Below are positions 1 through 14,700 of a DNA stretch of 64,000 nt, one piece after another (position 1 is the first letter of the stretch; the number at the start of each line of letters is the position of its first letter). The position numbers were made by a program, and so were the translations under genes. Source of the stretch: Cenococcum geophilum (lineage: Eukaryota); contig CP158635.1 in the NCBI GenBank assembly GCA_050273025.1, positions 33,170,001 through 33,234,000 of the forward strand. The letters run 5' to 3'. Below the pieces are notes generated by a model. The model had not been told where the DNA came from, searched no databases, and saw only the letters and a list, made by a program, of their open reading frames with translations.

Positions 1-899
1 AGAAGTCCTAGTTATTTTATTTACTTAACTAAATATAATACACTAGAGAGTACGGATATAATAATAAAGCAATTAAAGTCCGTTAAGCTCCCTAACCCCT
101 AACTACTATCTAATAGGATAGACCCTACCTTTAAAAATTAGAGGATTTAAGTACAAGGAAAGCTCCGCGTTAACTATAACTATTTCCTTTTTAAAAAAGC
201 TAAAATACTCTACCTCTTTGGTTAAACTATAGGGGACGCCCAACGGCACCTTTAAGCCAAGTTTAAGGATAATTCCCCTATCCAATTTATATCCGTTAAT
301 AAGATGCTATAGTACCTAGCTACTATTTACGTTAACCTAAATAAAGTACGGGATGCCTGGTATAACTATAATCGCCTAATAATAAAACTAAACTAACCCT
401 TTACTAAATTCTAGACTTAATTCCTATACCTTATAGGAGAAAGCCAAGTCCCCCTTAAAAATTACCGATTAGACCTATATAATAAACTAATAATTAGGCT
501 ATAAGAGAAGATTATAGTGACCTTAAATAATCTGCCAAACTATAAAAGACTCGCGGCTTATTACCTATTATTAGATTTAGAACTAAAGCGAATTAACGCT
601 CGCTCTAATTAGTAGAAGCGACCCTAGAACCCGTTAACTATACCTATAGAAACTAGAGTAGGAAGATAAGCTACTATAATCCCTGCTCTAAAAGCGGTTA
701 CCACTATATATCTATAAGCCTCGCCTAACCTACTGCGTACTACGCCCTTAACTAGTACTCGTTATAATACTCCAATTAACCCTGCCTTGGCTACGTACTA
801 TAACTACAATAAGGAGGGTTACTTTACCTTATCTTACCTAGAGCTAAAGGATATAAGCGATATTAAGGAGATAGAGGAAGGAGAAACGTCTAATAAGTC

Positions 900-936
900 G
901 GGAAAAGAAGAACTCTAGGGAAAGACTCCCCCCTAG
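900..936 (+). promoter_or_regulatory. Putative -1 ribosomal frameshift signal at the gag/pol junction of A
   Basis: Slippery heptamer G GGA AAA (900-906) in gag frame just before the gag TAG, followed by a ctaggg...ccctag stem. Confidence 0.5.
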
Positions 937-3900
937 GGTACCCTATCGATCTTAAAGAGATTAATCTTAGTTAGTTAATAGGTGGAAAGCATTTTATAGT
1001 TCTATATATAGTATCTTAAAATAGATATAGAGTTAATATAACCGCCCTTATTAATACTAGAGCAAATAGCTTCGCCTTTATAAATACTGCCTATATAAAT
1101 AATGTTGCCAAGTTTCTAAATACAGAAGCTATCTAACTAGAGAAGCCTGTTTAGGTAAAAGGCTATAACGGCTAAGCCGGTTAGCTAGTTACCTATATTT
1201 TAAAGTTATATATTGCTTATAACTAACAACGCTAATATAGTATCCCTTTTTGTATCCTAGACCTAGGGTCCTATAATATAATCCTTAGACAAAAATAGAT
1301 GTCCTATTTTAATATTTGGTTAAACGTATAATAAAGACAGTTTATCTAGCTAGAGGATAGACTAAAGTTACCCTCCTTTATTAAGGAAATCCAAACTAAC
1401 CGTAAGATACTAGCTATAAGGGCTAACCCTACCTACTAGTAGGATATCCGAGCCCGGAATCTAGCCTTTACCTAAGAAAACGCCTACCGCAAAGCTAGAA
1501 AAAACTTTATATTAATAAAGATACTTTCCCAAAACGCTATATTTAAAGAAGACTCTACATATAGAAGTAGGATAGATAGCGACGTAGATGACGTCCTAAT
1601 CGCGCAAGTCTAACTAGTATAAAAAAGAACGCATTAATAGGATATAAGGGATGACCTCTAAAAGATATAACAGGAGCTAAAAGGAGTAGCGATAACGCCA
1701 GTACCCTAGAAGTCCCTAAAGTTACGTACGCCCCTATTATTATATAAACCCCCCACCGTAGATATTGCCATAATTAGCGCTATAGCGTTTCACTTTAATA
1801 TATACCGGAAGGATAATAAGGTCTTTATAATGAGCCTATATAAGATTAACCAAATTATTAATAATAGGGAGGAAGAGCTAGCTAAGGAAACTAACGAGGA
1901 ACTAGTTAAACGCCTTCTTCCTATTATCTATATAAATTATAAGAATGCATTCTTAAAGGCGGCTTTAGATAAGTTACCCCCTTACCAGATATATAATTAT
2001 AAGATTTAATTAGAAGCTAATGACTTGCTAGGTTATAGCCCCCTCTACTAATAATTAACGGATAAGCTAAAAGTAATAAAGTAGTACTTAATTAATAACC
2101 TGGATAAAGGGTTTATCGAGCCTAGTTAAGCCCCTTTTACTTCCCCTATTCTGTTTATAAAAAAACCTAATAAAGGCCTTTATTTTTATATTAACTATTA
2201 GAAGCTTAACGCTATTACTTAAAAGGATTAGTATCCTATTCCTTTAATTAACAAGACCTTTATATATCTAAGCCGGGCAAAGATCTTTACTAAACTTAAT
2301 ATCCGCCAAGCTTTTTACTAAATTAGAATAAACCCTGCATCTAAAGATTTAATAACGTTCTATACCCGTTACGGTTCTTATAAATATAAAGTTCTTCCTT
2401 TTAGACTAATAAACGGACTAGCTACGTACCAAAGGTATATAAATAACGTTCTCTTTAATTACCTTAACGAATTCTGCACGGCATACCTAGACGATATTCT
2501 TATATACTTAAACGACGAACTTAAGCATTAAGTTTATATTAAGAAGGTCCTAGAGAGATTATAGAACGCGGGCTTATAAGTTAATATTAAAAAATGCGAG
2601 TTTATGGTAAAACGTATAAAGTACCTTAGGTTTATTATGACTATAAAAGGAATTAAGGTTAACCTTAAAAAGGTAGAGGCAATTCGTAACTGGAAGCCCC
2701 CTTATATAGTAAAAGGGATCTAGTCCTTTCTTAGTTTTTATAATTTCTACTACCGGTTTATTTATAACTACAGAGTTATAGTAAAACCCCTTATATAACT
2801 AACTAGGAAGGATACGCCTTTTATCTTTAATAATAACTATATAGAAGCCTTTAAAGAGATAAAAGATTGGCTTATCCCTTCCCTAGTCCTTCGTCACTAT
2901 AACCTAGACCTTAAATTAATACTAGAAATAGATACTTCTAATAAAGTTATAGCGGGAATCCTATCGCAGCTACATCCGGACGGTAAATAGTACCCTATTA
3001 CCTTCTTCTTAAAAACAATAGACTTAGCTAAGTGTAACTATAAAGTATACAATAAAGAAATGCTAGCTATTATTTAATTACTCTCTTAATAGTGCGCAGA
3101 GCTTAAAGGTATAAATTCTTAGATTAAGATATATACAGATTATAAAGCCCTAGAGTACTTTATAACTATAAAGCAGCTTACTAAATAATAAGCCTAGTAG
3201 GCTAAAATCCTCTTCTAATTCTTTTTTATAATTATATATTGTTCTAGTAAGCAAAACTCTAAGGCTAATACCCTAACCTAAAGAAAATAAGATATAGGAC
3301 CCTAGGATAAGCTAAAGACTTAATACTAGACGCGTGCCCTCCTTTATCCTAAACAGCTTAACCCACGGATCCTTAAGGAGCTAGACCCCTAGTAAAACAA
3401 GCTAGCACTATTAGAGGAGTCCTTAGATAAACTAATAGGGCTAATTAACCGCCTTCTAACTATAAACCGCACGGCTAATACCCTAAAGGCCCTCCGCGAC
3501 TAAGCTATAAAAGGAAACCCTAATTTTAAAATAGAGGAAGAATTGCTCTTACACTAGGAGCGGCTTATAGTCCCTAATATTAACAACCTATAGACTAAGC
3601 TAATCCGCGAAGCTTATTGCTAAGTTTCTATAGCATACCCTAGCAAGACTAAGACCCGTAAGATTATTAATTGCCGCTACTACTAGCTAAGAATAGTTAT
3701 AGATATTAATTAATATATACGGAACTGCGAAGACTGCTAAAGAGCCGTAACCCCACGAGATAAAACCCTAAGACTACTTAAGCCACTCCTAATACTAGAG
3801 CGCCCTTAGCAGTATATCTTTATAGACTTTTATAAACTACCTATAGACCGTAACGGATATGATATAGTTATAGTTATAGTTAACCGCTTTAGTAAACGCC

Positions 3901-4619
3901 CGTTCTTAATTCCCTGTTATAAGAATATTAATGCTAAAGAGGCAGCCCGGCTATTTGTTTACTACATCTACTAAATTTATAGACTACTAGATACTATTGT
4001 GTCTAATTATAGGCTATAGTTTATATTAGCCTTCTAGAATAAGTTTACCTAGATTCTAGGTATTAAGCTAAAGCTTTCTACGGCCTACTACCCCTAGACA
4101 GATAGTTAGACTAAGATTATAAATTAGTACCTAGACTAGAGGCTTAGGCCCTTTATTAATTACTTTTAGGACAACTAGTCTAAACTACTACCCTTAATAG
4201 ACTACGCCCAAGTAACCTTACCCTATAACTCTATAGGGTTTGCCCCAATTTAGCTAAAAATGGGATACTTACCCTATATAAGCTTTAACTAGAATAGGCT
4301 AGAAGAACCCTAGACTATATAAGAGAAGCTATCCTATAGTAAGGCCCAATAGTACGCTAAATACTTAGAGGAAGCTTAGACGGTAGCCTATAAGAATCTA
4401 AAAAAAGCTTAGAGGTTAATAAAACAGCAGGTAAATAAACACCATTAGAAGCCCGACTTTACTTTTAGTAATAGCGTCTGGGTTATAATAAGAAATTGGA
4501 AAACTAAATAACTAAGCTATAAGCTGGATTACTAAATAGTAGGACCGTATAAAGTCCTTAAGAAGATAGGCAACTTATATAAAGTAAAGCTCCCAGATTT
4601 AATTAAGGTTTACCCTATC

Positions 4620-5040
4620 TATTACGGACGCTTTAAGTACAATACTATGACTACTTAGAGAAGGGTTGAAAGAAGCTAGTTAGTTAATAAGAGCACGGTC
4701 TAGGATAGAGCCGGTAAAACTATATAATAAGGAATAATAAGCGAGTTATATAATATTGTATGCAGTATACGTAGTGTATAAAGGGAACGTACGTATAATA
4801 TGTATAATATATACATTATGTACAAGAAGGATTTCTTAGGAGTACGGTTGCATATTTAAGGACCCTTAATCCCTACCTAGATAGTTCCTTCCTTATAGTA
4901 ATTCTTAGAATATAATTAAAGTTAATTTATTAGGCAACTACTCCACTAGTTATTATTACGTTATTGACTTAATTTGCATTACCTATACACCTAGCCTATT
5001 AATAAGCCTACTATAGTACTTGCTACAAGGTTTTGTTACA
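4620..5040 (+). repeat. 5' LTR of Gypsy B
   Basis: Same length as 18146-18566 and differs almost only by transitions; ends TGTTACA. Confidence 0.95.
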
Positions 5041-5621
5041 TAATTACTACCTAGTTACGGTATTAAATATAAAAAGTTAAATAACATGCCACTAAAAGCA
5101 GCTACTATAACGCTATTAACGGCGGCAACTACTTTAAGGTTAGGAGGTGATACTAGTATAGCAGATACTAACTTATAACGACCTGTAATAGTTAAATAAC
5201 TATAAAAGATAGTTAACTAGTTAATAGAAAATAATATAACACTTAAATAAAGGATTAATGGGATAAGGGTAGTAAAGATTAAGTTACCTTTAATCGAGAG
5301 ATTTTTAGGGGAGAGATTAAAGCTTAAAGGGTTTCTTACATAAATGCACTTTAAGGTTACGTAAGAAGGAGCGAAACTGCTAATATTTATAAATCGAATA
5401 GTATATACAGGACTATTCCTATTAGGAAGGGCACTTAAGTAGTTTAAGCCTTACTTTATAGAAATATAGGCGAATAGAATAACAACTACTAACTAAGAGG
5501 TGCGGTTTATATTCTTAAGTTAGGAAGAATTTATAGAGCAACTTATATAAATATTTAGAGACCTAAAGGCGGTAACTATAGCAGAAAGAAAACTCTAAGA
5601 CATTATATAATAAACGTTAGT

Positions 5622-8600
5622 TGTTGGGAATAAGGCAAGCGGTCGTCACGTATCGTCACGTATCGCCGCGGCACTAGCGTGGTGAGGAACCTTAGGTTCC
5701 TCACCCACCCCCTAATTCAAAACAATAAGCTTTACAACCAACATTCACTATATCTACTTAAGTAGCATTAGTGAGTTACCCTATAACACTAACACTAATT
5801 AGTGGTTAAATACACAGTTAACTATAGAGCAGCTAGGTTATTAATAGAAGAGATAGTCTTATATAGGGGTGCTATATGCGCTTATATGGAATGGATCCCG
5901 GCAATATTATACTACCTTAGACTTACGGAAAACTAGTAATAGAAATATTACTAAGTACTAGGAGATACTAAGTTGCGTTTATTACGCAAAACAATTACGT
6001 TTACGAAGATTTGGTCGAGTACTTTAGGTCAGAAGTATCACTAAACCTAAGGTCCTAAGTTAATGTCCGAAACGCGTCGAACAACATCTTAAATTGCCTA
6101 CCTTTGGATAGCAAACCTACAAGATCCTATAAAACCAAAAATCCTGCCTACCTTTAACGTACGACACCTTATTAATTCTACCTACTATGGCGTTAACCTA
6201 TCTAAAGAAGTATAAGAAAGATATTAACCTAGAGATATAGGACAGAGCTATAACTAACTTTATAACCGCTAAGTAATAGGACCTAAATAGATTCTTAGTA
6301 TACCGCATAAAATACTATAAAGACAGCGAATATAATAATACCGCGCTATAGTATTATATAAAGGAGGACTTTATTAAATGGATAAAAGAAATATAGGTTC
6401 CTATAAATAAAGATATCGTATAGGACTTCCGTAACTTCCTTTGGGAGTATAGAGTATTTATCCCTATAAATGGGGGTAATATTAGGGATAATATTCAGGA
6501 ACACGTTATTAATATAAAGAAAGAGCATAAATGGACTTTATAAGAGATTAAGCACTAACTACACACTATAAAGAAGCTTAAATTATAATAAAACCCAAGT
6601 AATACACCACTAAAGACACGTTCTAACTCTATCGCTCTAGGTATAAGTTCTAACATTCCATATCTATCGCCTCCACCTCTATCTTTAACTCCCCTATATT
6701 AACTAGCTTAACCTATAGCCTTAATTAATAACCCCTAATAAGCGCAAGATCCCCTTACTTTGCGGTTTAATAACCTTTAAACTCTGCCAACTAGATCTAC
6801 GTCACTATCGCAGCCTATAATATAATGCAGCTAAACACCAATTAGAGGCACCTTAAAAATGCTTATAGAGCTTATAAAGCTCTATTTAGAATAGGAGAAG
6901 AAATTTAGCGAAGAACTATATAATATCCTTAATTTAAAGTTACGCATCTTCTACGACTATTACTAAAAGGTTAGACTAGAACCCAATTAATACCACATTA
7001 CTTATTTAGTCATGCTTAAGGGCCAAGCTAGTACCTTCTATTATAATTATTTGGTAGAAAAAGGATATAATTTTAACCAAATAATATATAAAATAAGATG
7101 CTACTTTAAAACAAAGGAGAATAAGTAGCAGTATATATTAGAGTAGAGAGAGACTACCTTTCTAAGAATTATTGCTACAAACCTAGGTGCCTCTTAACTC
7201 AATTATCTTTAAAAGCTCTTTAATTAACTCTAGATAATTTAGCATAGTTTATCTAAATTATATTAAAAGGACTTTAGCCTACGCGATTAAGTTATTAGCG
7301 CATACTAAGGTATTAAAGAATATAACCTTGCTCTCTTTAACCCTATAAGTACTTATAAAGGAGTATATACTTAATTAAGATCCTCTATTAGCACCGCCCT
7401 ACGCTTTTAAGAAGTATAGCAATTTAACGCCTAACTTTAACCTACTTTAATTAACCCGGCCAACCAATACGATTATAACTAGACTAATTAAACATATAGT
7501 AGTTATAGTAGGGGATATAATAGAGGGTACGATTAATATTAACCATAAAGCAATTATAGAGGTCCTTATAAAGGTTCATTTCGCAATAATCAGTAAAAGA
7601 AATACTACGTTTATAAGAAGCCAAATTACTAGTTAACTAGACACCCCCTTAATAGACGAAAGGAGGCATATAATAAGTTTCGCCAGAGCGCACAAAACAT
7701 TAGAAACTAAAAAGTTACTATAGCCTACTTTTAAAGCTTTCTGGTTTAATATAAAGGCAAAGAAGATCTTAAGGGTGAGATTAATAAGGCTAAACAGCTC
7801 CTTATAGATATAGAAATTAAGGACTACTCTCCCGACCAATACTTTACTAAGTATAGTAAGGTAAATAGCGCATAAACCGTTGCTGTCCTTAATAACTAAT
7901 CTACGCTCTATTCTATTATAAGGTTAGATATCTTTAATAAGCTAAAGGAAAATTCCGCGTTCTCCTTTAACGGTAAATACTTAGCAAACATCTTTTATAG
8001 TATTATGCCAGATACTAGAGCCGTAGGAGTATCTATAGTAGGAGAACCTTAAGTCTAAGCTCTTTAGCAGCTTAATAGTTCTATCTAGATTAACTAATTA
8101 ACGGCAGGCTAATATATAATTCGCTTTAGTAAGGGTACTATAATCTCTCTTAGCATAATTAAGGTCTAAACCCCATTAGAATATATTACTTTCTATATTA
8201 TTCTCGCGAATACCCTATTTCTATTCTGCATCCAAGATATAGATAAATTAGGCATTAAGCTTAATAACCTTAAGAATATACTTATTTAGGGAGATAATTA
8301 GGTGCCCGTTATACGCAAGTAGGGTTACCCTTAGTTACTCCTTTAATAGCTAGAAAGGAGCGTTACTTAGAGTTACTTAACTAAGTTAGAGCTACATTAA
8401 CTACATTATCGTTTTAGCCACCTATCCGTTTACTAATTACTTAGGGTTCTTTAATAAGTAGGTTATAAAGTTAAGGTTAAGGCGATTAAATATCTTATAA
8501 AGTACTACTATTACTACTAAATAAACCAGAAGTCCCCCGGCCGATTTAAGTTTACCCTTAAAAACAACTACGACTTTAACTTCTGTATTATTATAGATGT

Positions 8601-11600
8601 TATATATCTTAGCGGCAAGCCAGTACTCCAAGTTATTAACTTCTTAACCTCCTTTTAAGCCGCACGCTTTTTAAAAGATATATTAGCTAGGAACGCATAG
8701 AATACTCTTTAATTATACTAGATTACTAGATTAATATCTACCTAGAACCCCCTAATTAAATCGTTTATAACGCAGGAAAGAACTTCTTATCTACAGAGTT
8801 TTAATAATAGGTAAAGGCAATAATAATTAAGGTTAAGGAAGTCCCCGTTAAGGTATATAATAGTATTAAAAAGGTAGAATAATACTATACGCCATTACGC
8901 CGCGCATATAAGATCATTTCTTTAGAACTAGAGGGTGCTAGTAAAGAGCTTATTCTATAGATGGCTGTTAAGGCTATTAACAATACCACTAGCCCAGATA
9001 GGCTCGTACCTACGTTGCTAGTCTTTAGCGCCTACCCTTAAATAACTAACGATTCTCTACTATCTCCCTCTATTGTGTAATAAGCTAAGGCGATTTATAA
9101 GGTAACGAAGGAAGTATAATATCTCTACGCTACGCGCTAGGTTAACAACGCACTAGAAATAAGAAATGGCCCAAATACCTTAACTATACTCGATCTACTA
9201 CTCCAATCTAAGGTACGCGTATAGTATAAAAAGGGAGAATAGTTAGGCCTATATAAACTTATTGCAATTAATAGTTAGACTTATACTCTTTAAATGCCCC
9301 ATAGACCTACTTAATTCCATTTAATTATTATTAAGCCTTATTATAAAGATAACAGTTCCAAGCCTTTATAGGATACCCTAGAAGATACCCCAGGAGATAC
9401 CCTAGAGGAGAACCACAATTAACATACCCTAGAAGGCGACTACGACCCCAATATAACTATAGTAGATACGCCGCAACTATAACGCGGTAGAGGTCGCCTA
9501 AAGGGATTACGAAACCGCTAATACCTTATTAATTTTAAAGAGCAACTTATTGCCGCCATTAAGAATAGAGTTAAGCTGTTAATGGCCTTTATAACAGCTA
9601 AAGAGAAGGCTGACTTTAAGCTCGCAAAATAGCTCCAAAAGGAAGGCCGTATTATAACTCTAGGAGCTCCTTTTTAAGCATCTAATAAGTAGGAGATTGA
9701 CGGTCTTATTACAAGAGGAGTCTTTAAGTTTAAGAAATATAACCCTACCAAGTTTAATAGGGTTTGTATATTTAGGTTAAGAATAGTTAATAAGATTAAA
9801 GGTAAAGCTACTAATACCCCATTCAAGAAGTTAAGGCTAGTTATTTAAGGTTATAACGACAACGGTAAGAAAGTAATTCTTATGTAATCCCCTATAATTT
9901 AATAAGCTAGTTAGTAAGTTATTATTGCGCTAGCTCCCTCCTTAATAAAGAATAGAATAGCGGTTTATTTATAAGATATTACCTAGGCCTATACCTAATT
10001 AGAGATACGCCTTTAGCGCTTAATACTAGCATACCTTCTAAAGTAAATTCGCCACCAATATCCCGAAGATACGATTATAGTTATACTTAAGCCACTATAT
10101 AAAATCGCAGAGGCAGGAACTTATTAGTAGGCTATTTATAGTAAGCACCACAAAGAGAAGCTTTTAATAACTACTTCTATATTTAATCCCTACTTCCTCA
10201 TTACAGCCATAGGAACTCCATTTGGAATCATCGGCATATAAACAGACAATACAATCATCTTAGGAGACGACTAATTCTTAGCTCTTAAAGAAGATAAGCT
10301 AGTAAAGGTAAACCTTATAGCAAAGCCAAAGAAAAGACTTAATTTAATAACACTATTACTCTTTAATAGATGCATTATTTCCCTAAACAAGGATTCCATT
10401 GCCCTACGCCAGAAAGGTTAAGGTAAGAAGATCAATATTATTAACGTTAATTCTCTAAAGTAAGGATATATAGAGTAACGCGCTTATAGAGCTTATATGG
10501 CTTCTATCTATCAACCTAAAGCTTCCTTTAATCTCTCTATTACCGCCTAACACCAGAAACTAATTAAGGATAATATTTTTAACCTAAATAAGCGTCTTTC
10601 CTAGTAAATAAACTATCTTAATCGGGGACTACTCTATATGCCTATTAATCTTCCTACCGCTAAGCTATTCGTATTTATTAATAGATCGTTTATAAATAAT
10701 AAAGATTTTAGCTCCTAGCTAGGATATAAGATTATTATAGCAAACAAATCTACTAGAGAGAATAACTTTATAATCTACGGCAATCTTATTTATTAAAGCT
10801 TAACTAAGAGTAAATACGTTACTTAAAGCGTTCTAGCGTCAGAGATATATAGAATAGTTAGTGGAGTTAATATGGCAATTGCAATTAGAACTACCCTTAA
10901 GATAATTATAGATCAACTCGAACTTCCTATTATCCCTATAATCGTGTACACTAACTCATATTCCCTCTATAAGTATTTAGTTAAGCTTAGTACTATAAAG
11001 GAGAAGCGCCTTATAATCGATATTATAGTACTTCAGCAGTCCTACAAGCGTTAAAAACTCTTTAAGATCTAATAGATTAATGGCTAAGATAACCCGGCAG
11101 ATATAATAACAAAGGCAAACCTAAATAAGGCACTAGAGACGTTCGTTAATACAAATACTCTATATATACGAGTTAAAGGTTAGGTTAAGAGGGAAATTTA
11201 GAGAAATTAAGATCTTATAGAACTTTAACCGCTGGTTAAAGTTATTTAATTAGTTAGATTCTTGCTAAGAGCGCCACACCTAATTAATTTAGGTGGCGGT
11301 GTGGAGTTCTGCCAACGCTATTTATTAAGCTAGCCAATTAGGATTTTCCATCCCTAAAATAGAAAATCGCCATTAGCTTGGCTAAGAGCGGTAAGCGGAA
11401 CTAACATCTTCGCACGAACCCGTATATCTACCTACACTACCTCTTCCCCTTTATTTCTTCTTCTTCTTCTCCTTAGCTTTATATCTTTATATGGTAGCAA
11501 TCTATAAGTATATATAGATAGTAACTATAAAAGAAGAGTTGCCAGTGTCGGGAATGAGGCAAGCGGTCGTCACGTGTCGTTACGTATTACCGCGGCACTA

Positions 11601-11718
11601 GCGTGGTAAGGAACCTTAGGTTTCTTACCTACCCCCTAATTTAAAATAATAAGCTTTACAACTAACATTCACTGTATCTACTTAAGTAGCATTGGTGAGT
11701 TACCCTATGACACTAATA
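5622..11718 (+). mobile_element. Ty1/Copia LTR retrotransposon C (full length, RIP'd), nested in the gag of B
   Basis: 173-bp LTRs 5622-5794 and 11546-11718; TSD TTAGT (5617-5621 / 11719-11723); primer-binding-site (PBS)-like ctaattagtgg; integrase (~8540-9060) precedes RT (~9700-10400) and RNase H (ORF 10872-11054, KEKRLIIDI). Confidence 0.95.
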
Positions 11719-14700
11719 TTAGTAATAAAGTACATAATATAGTTCTAAACGTTAGCTATATAAGTTAAGTGGAATAATAAGGCTCTTATAGCATAGTATA
11801 AATAAGGACTTAAGGCTAAAGTCTAGGACGTAATTATCCTAATAGAAGATGCGGATACTCTAAGGGATTTAATAGATTAAGTGATTAAGATTAATAATTA
11901 GATCTACTAAAGAGAATAGGCTAAAAGAGGTTAAGATAGAGTTCTATAGTTATATAAGACGCAGAGTATATAATAACTAAAGCTAAGTTATAAACTATAG
12001 TATAGCGCAGAGCTAATAGATCTAAGTAGTACTAAAGAAACCTATAAGAGATGGAATAAATAACTATAAAAACCTAGAGGTTAAGGATTAAGTAATTACA
12101 GGACTAAGAAGCAAAGGCTAAACTAAGGATCTTAGCAGCAGAAGACGTTTAAGCGGACTCTATAGTAAAAGTAATAGTTTAAAAATAGAGCTTATATAAA
12201 TTACAAAAAATAGGGTTACTTTGCCAGAGATTATAAAGATAGTTAGAGTTACTATATAATAAAGGGAACTAGACTAGTAGCTAATATATATATAGAGAGA
12301 GATAATAGTATACTACAAAGAATAAAAGAATGTTTAATTAAAAGTTTTGCGTTTTATTATAATAACGCATACTAAATTTATAAAGACGCTAAGTATAGCG
12401 TAAGCTATTAGCCACAGGAGCTAAAGTTAAGAGGACTTAAAGGAACTAAAGAGTTAGATAAAGAACAAGATTAACTCTATAAGCTAAATTAAGATATTAT
12501 AGTAACGTGCGGATAAAGATTAGTAACAATAATAATAGAGTTAGAGTACTTATTAATTAATAGCAATAAGAAAGAAAAAGGAATTAACTAGGGGTATTTA
12601 AACCTTAATAACGCAATAGAAGTAGAGACTAAGACCGCTATAGGGCAAGGTTTAGTAACGGGTATTATAACACCGTTAGATACGGCATCTATCGCTTTAT
12701 AAGATAAAAGGAGTAATATTTAAAAGGGATTAAGTAAGTAGATGACTGCTAGTGCTAGCTTATTACTTAATAAAGGTAAAAGGCCAAAGACTTAAGATTC
12801 TTATAACGAGATATAAGAAACCTAAGGACCTACAACAGACGAAAACCAATAGAGTAGGGCAGTAGCTTAGTTTAAAGATATATAAATAAGCTTAGGATAA
12901 GAATTCCCAACGGTATAAGACTCTTAAGACGAGATAAGTAAGATTTAAGACTTTTAAAATAAGATGAGAACATTACAGACGCCTAGTTAGACTAAAGCGG
13001 GAGCTAAACTTAAGTTAGAAGCAAGCTTAGGATTAAGAATTCTATAGAACTAAGATTTTAATATATAAATAAGGACTATTAATAAGGGAATTAGGAAGTA
13101 AGTAGACTTTAAAGATTTACTTACAAGACGCGAAAAGAAAGAAACTATAGCAGAATTTAGGATAAGAATTACTATATAGCAAGAACAGAAACTAGATAAG
13201 GGATTTAGTATACTAGGTTATATAAGGGACAAAGAACCTATATAAAGAGTTACTAATAGGCCTAAAGTAGGCATACTAAGAGCTAAGTAGCTTACTAAAC
13301 TAGAATAAGAAAAGGATTTAGGGATTTTAACTAGGTTTAAAGAATAATATATAAAAGGCTATTATAATGCAGTAATAAGGAGATACTTCTTAATAGATAA
13401 ACCATATACACTTAAGGAGCTATACTAAAAGTAGTATAGGCAACGACATAATAATAAGTAGGAAGATTTCTATATATAGCTGGATAAAAAAAGTTATCTA
13501 AGACTACCTAATTACGGAAAAAGCTATAACGTATATTAAAGGAGCCTTAATTATAATTTTAAAGGATTTAGAGGAGTAATTAGAGGACTAGAGGAGCGAA
13601 AGGCAAATCTTAGTACCTATAAATAAAGTTATAACGCTTAGATTAACACAATAAAGGTTTAAACTTAAGGATAAAGACGAGCTAAGAGTTAACCTAAGAC
13701 ACTAAGTATATTATATACTATTATAGATAGTATATATAGATAATGCGTGCAATATATATAGAGTACTAAAAGATAAAAACTAGAAGTACCTAGTAAGGAT
13801 ATATTAGGCACCGGATAAGGCGGAATATAAAAACACTAAGTATATATATAGTTAGCACCTAACGGAAGTTTAAGAATAAGGGGATTTAATACTTTAACTA
13901 GGAAGATTCCTTACAGAAGAATACCTAGATAGATAATAGTGGTGGGAATACCTAAAGAATACGTATCTATAGTATATTAAAGATAAAAAGCGAACTAAGT
14001 ATTAGCTAAAGTCGGACCAAGTATAAACAGGATTAAGTAGCCAATAATTAGGAAAAGTAGAGGCCTATAAAACTAGGGGGAACTAGTAGTAAAGCCTTAG
14101 ACCCTTAAAGGAATTTAAGGATAATACCTAAATTTATAAATAAAATGGCAAGATTAGCAGTTTAAGGCGTTAATAGATAGTAGAGTAATAAGGAACTATA
14201 TCTTATTAGTAGTAGTTAAAAGAATAGGGTTACTATATAGGAGAAAAAAGCATCCTTACCTATTAGTGATAATTTTAGGAGATCCGATAGCCTATAGAGG
14301 AAGCATTATTAATCTTAAAATAGGACCTATTTAATTAACCATTAAAGGGAGATAAGTTAAGATGTCTTTTAATATATTACTATTAGGAAATAATAAGGCA
14401 GTATTAGGAATGCCTTAGTTACAGGAATATAATCTAAAAATTAATTAGGTTATAGGTTAAGTTAATATTAAAGATACTTAATGCCGTAAGATATAATAAT
14501 AAACTAAGTTAGTATAGTACTAAGTAAAAGCGACCTATAAAGAAACTAAGAAAGGGTTAGATTATATACTAAAGAGATACTATAAGTATAGCAAAAAGCT
14601 ATAGTTACCGGAAAGTAAAAAGCTGCTAAAGTATATAGTATAGGACTATAAGATAGAGTTAAAACTAGGAATAAGTTTAAGGTTCTTTTTAACCTATAAG

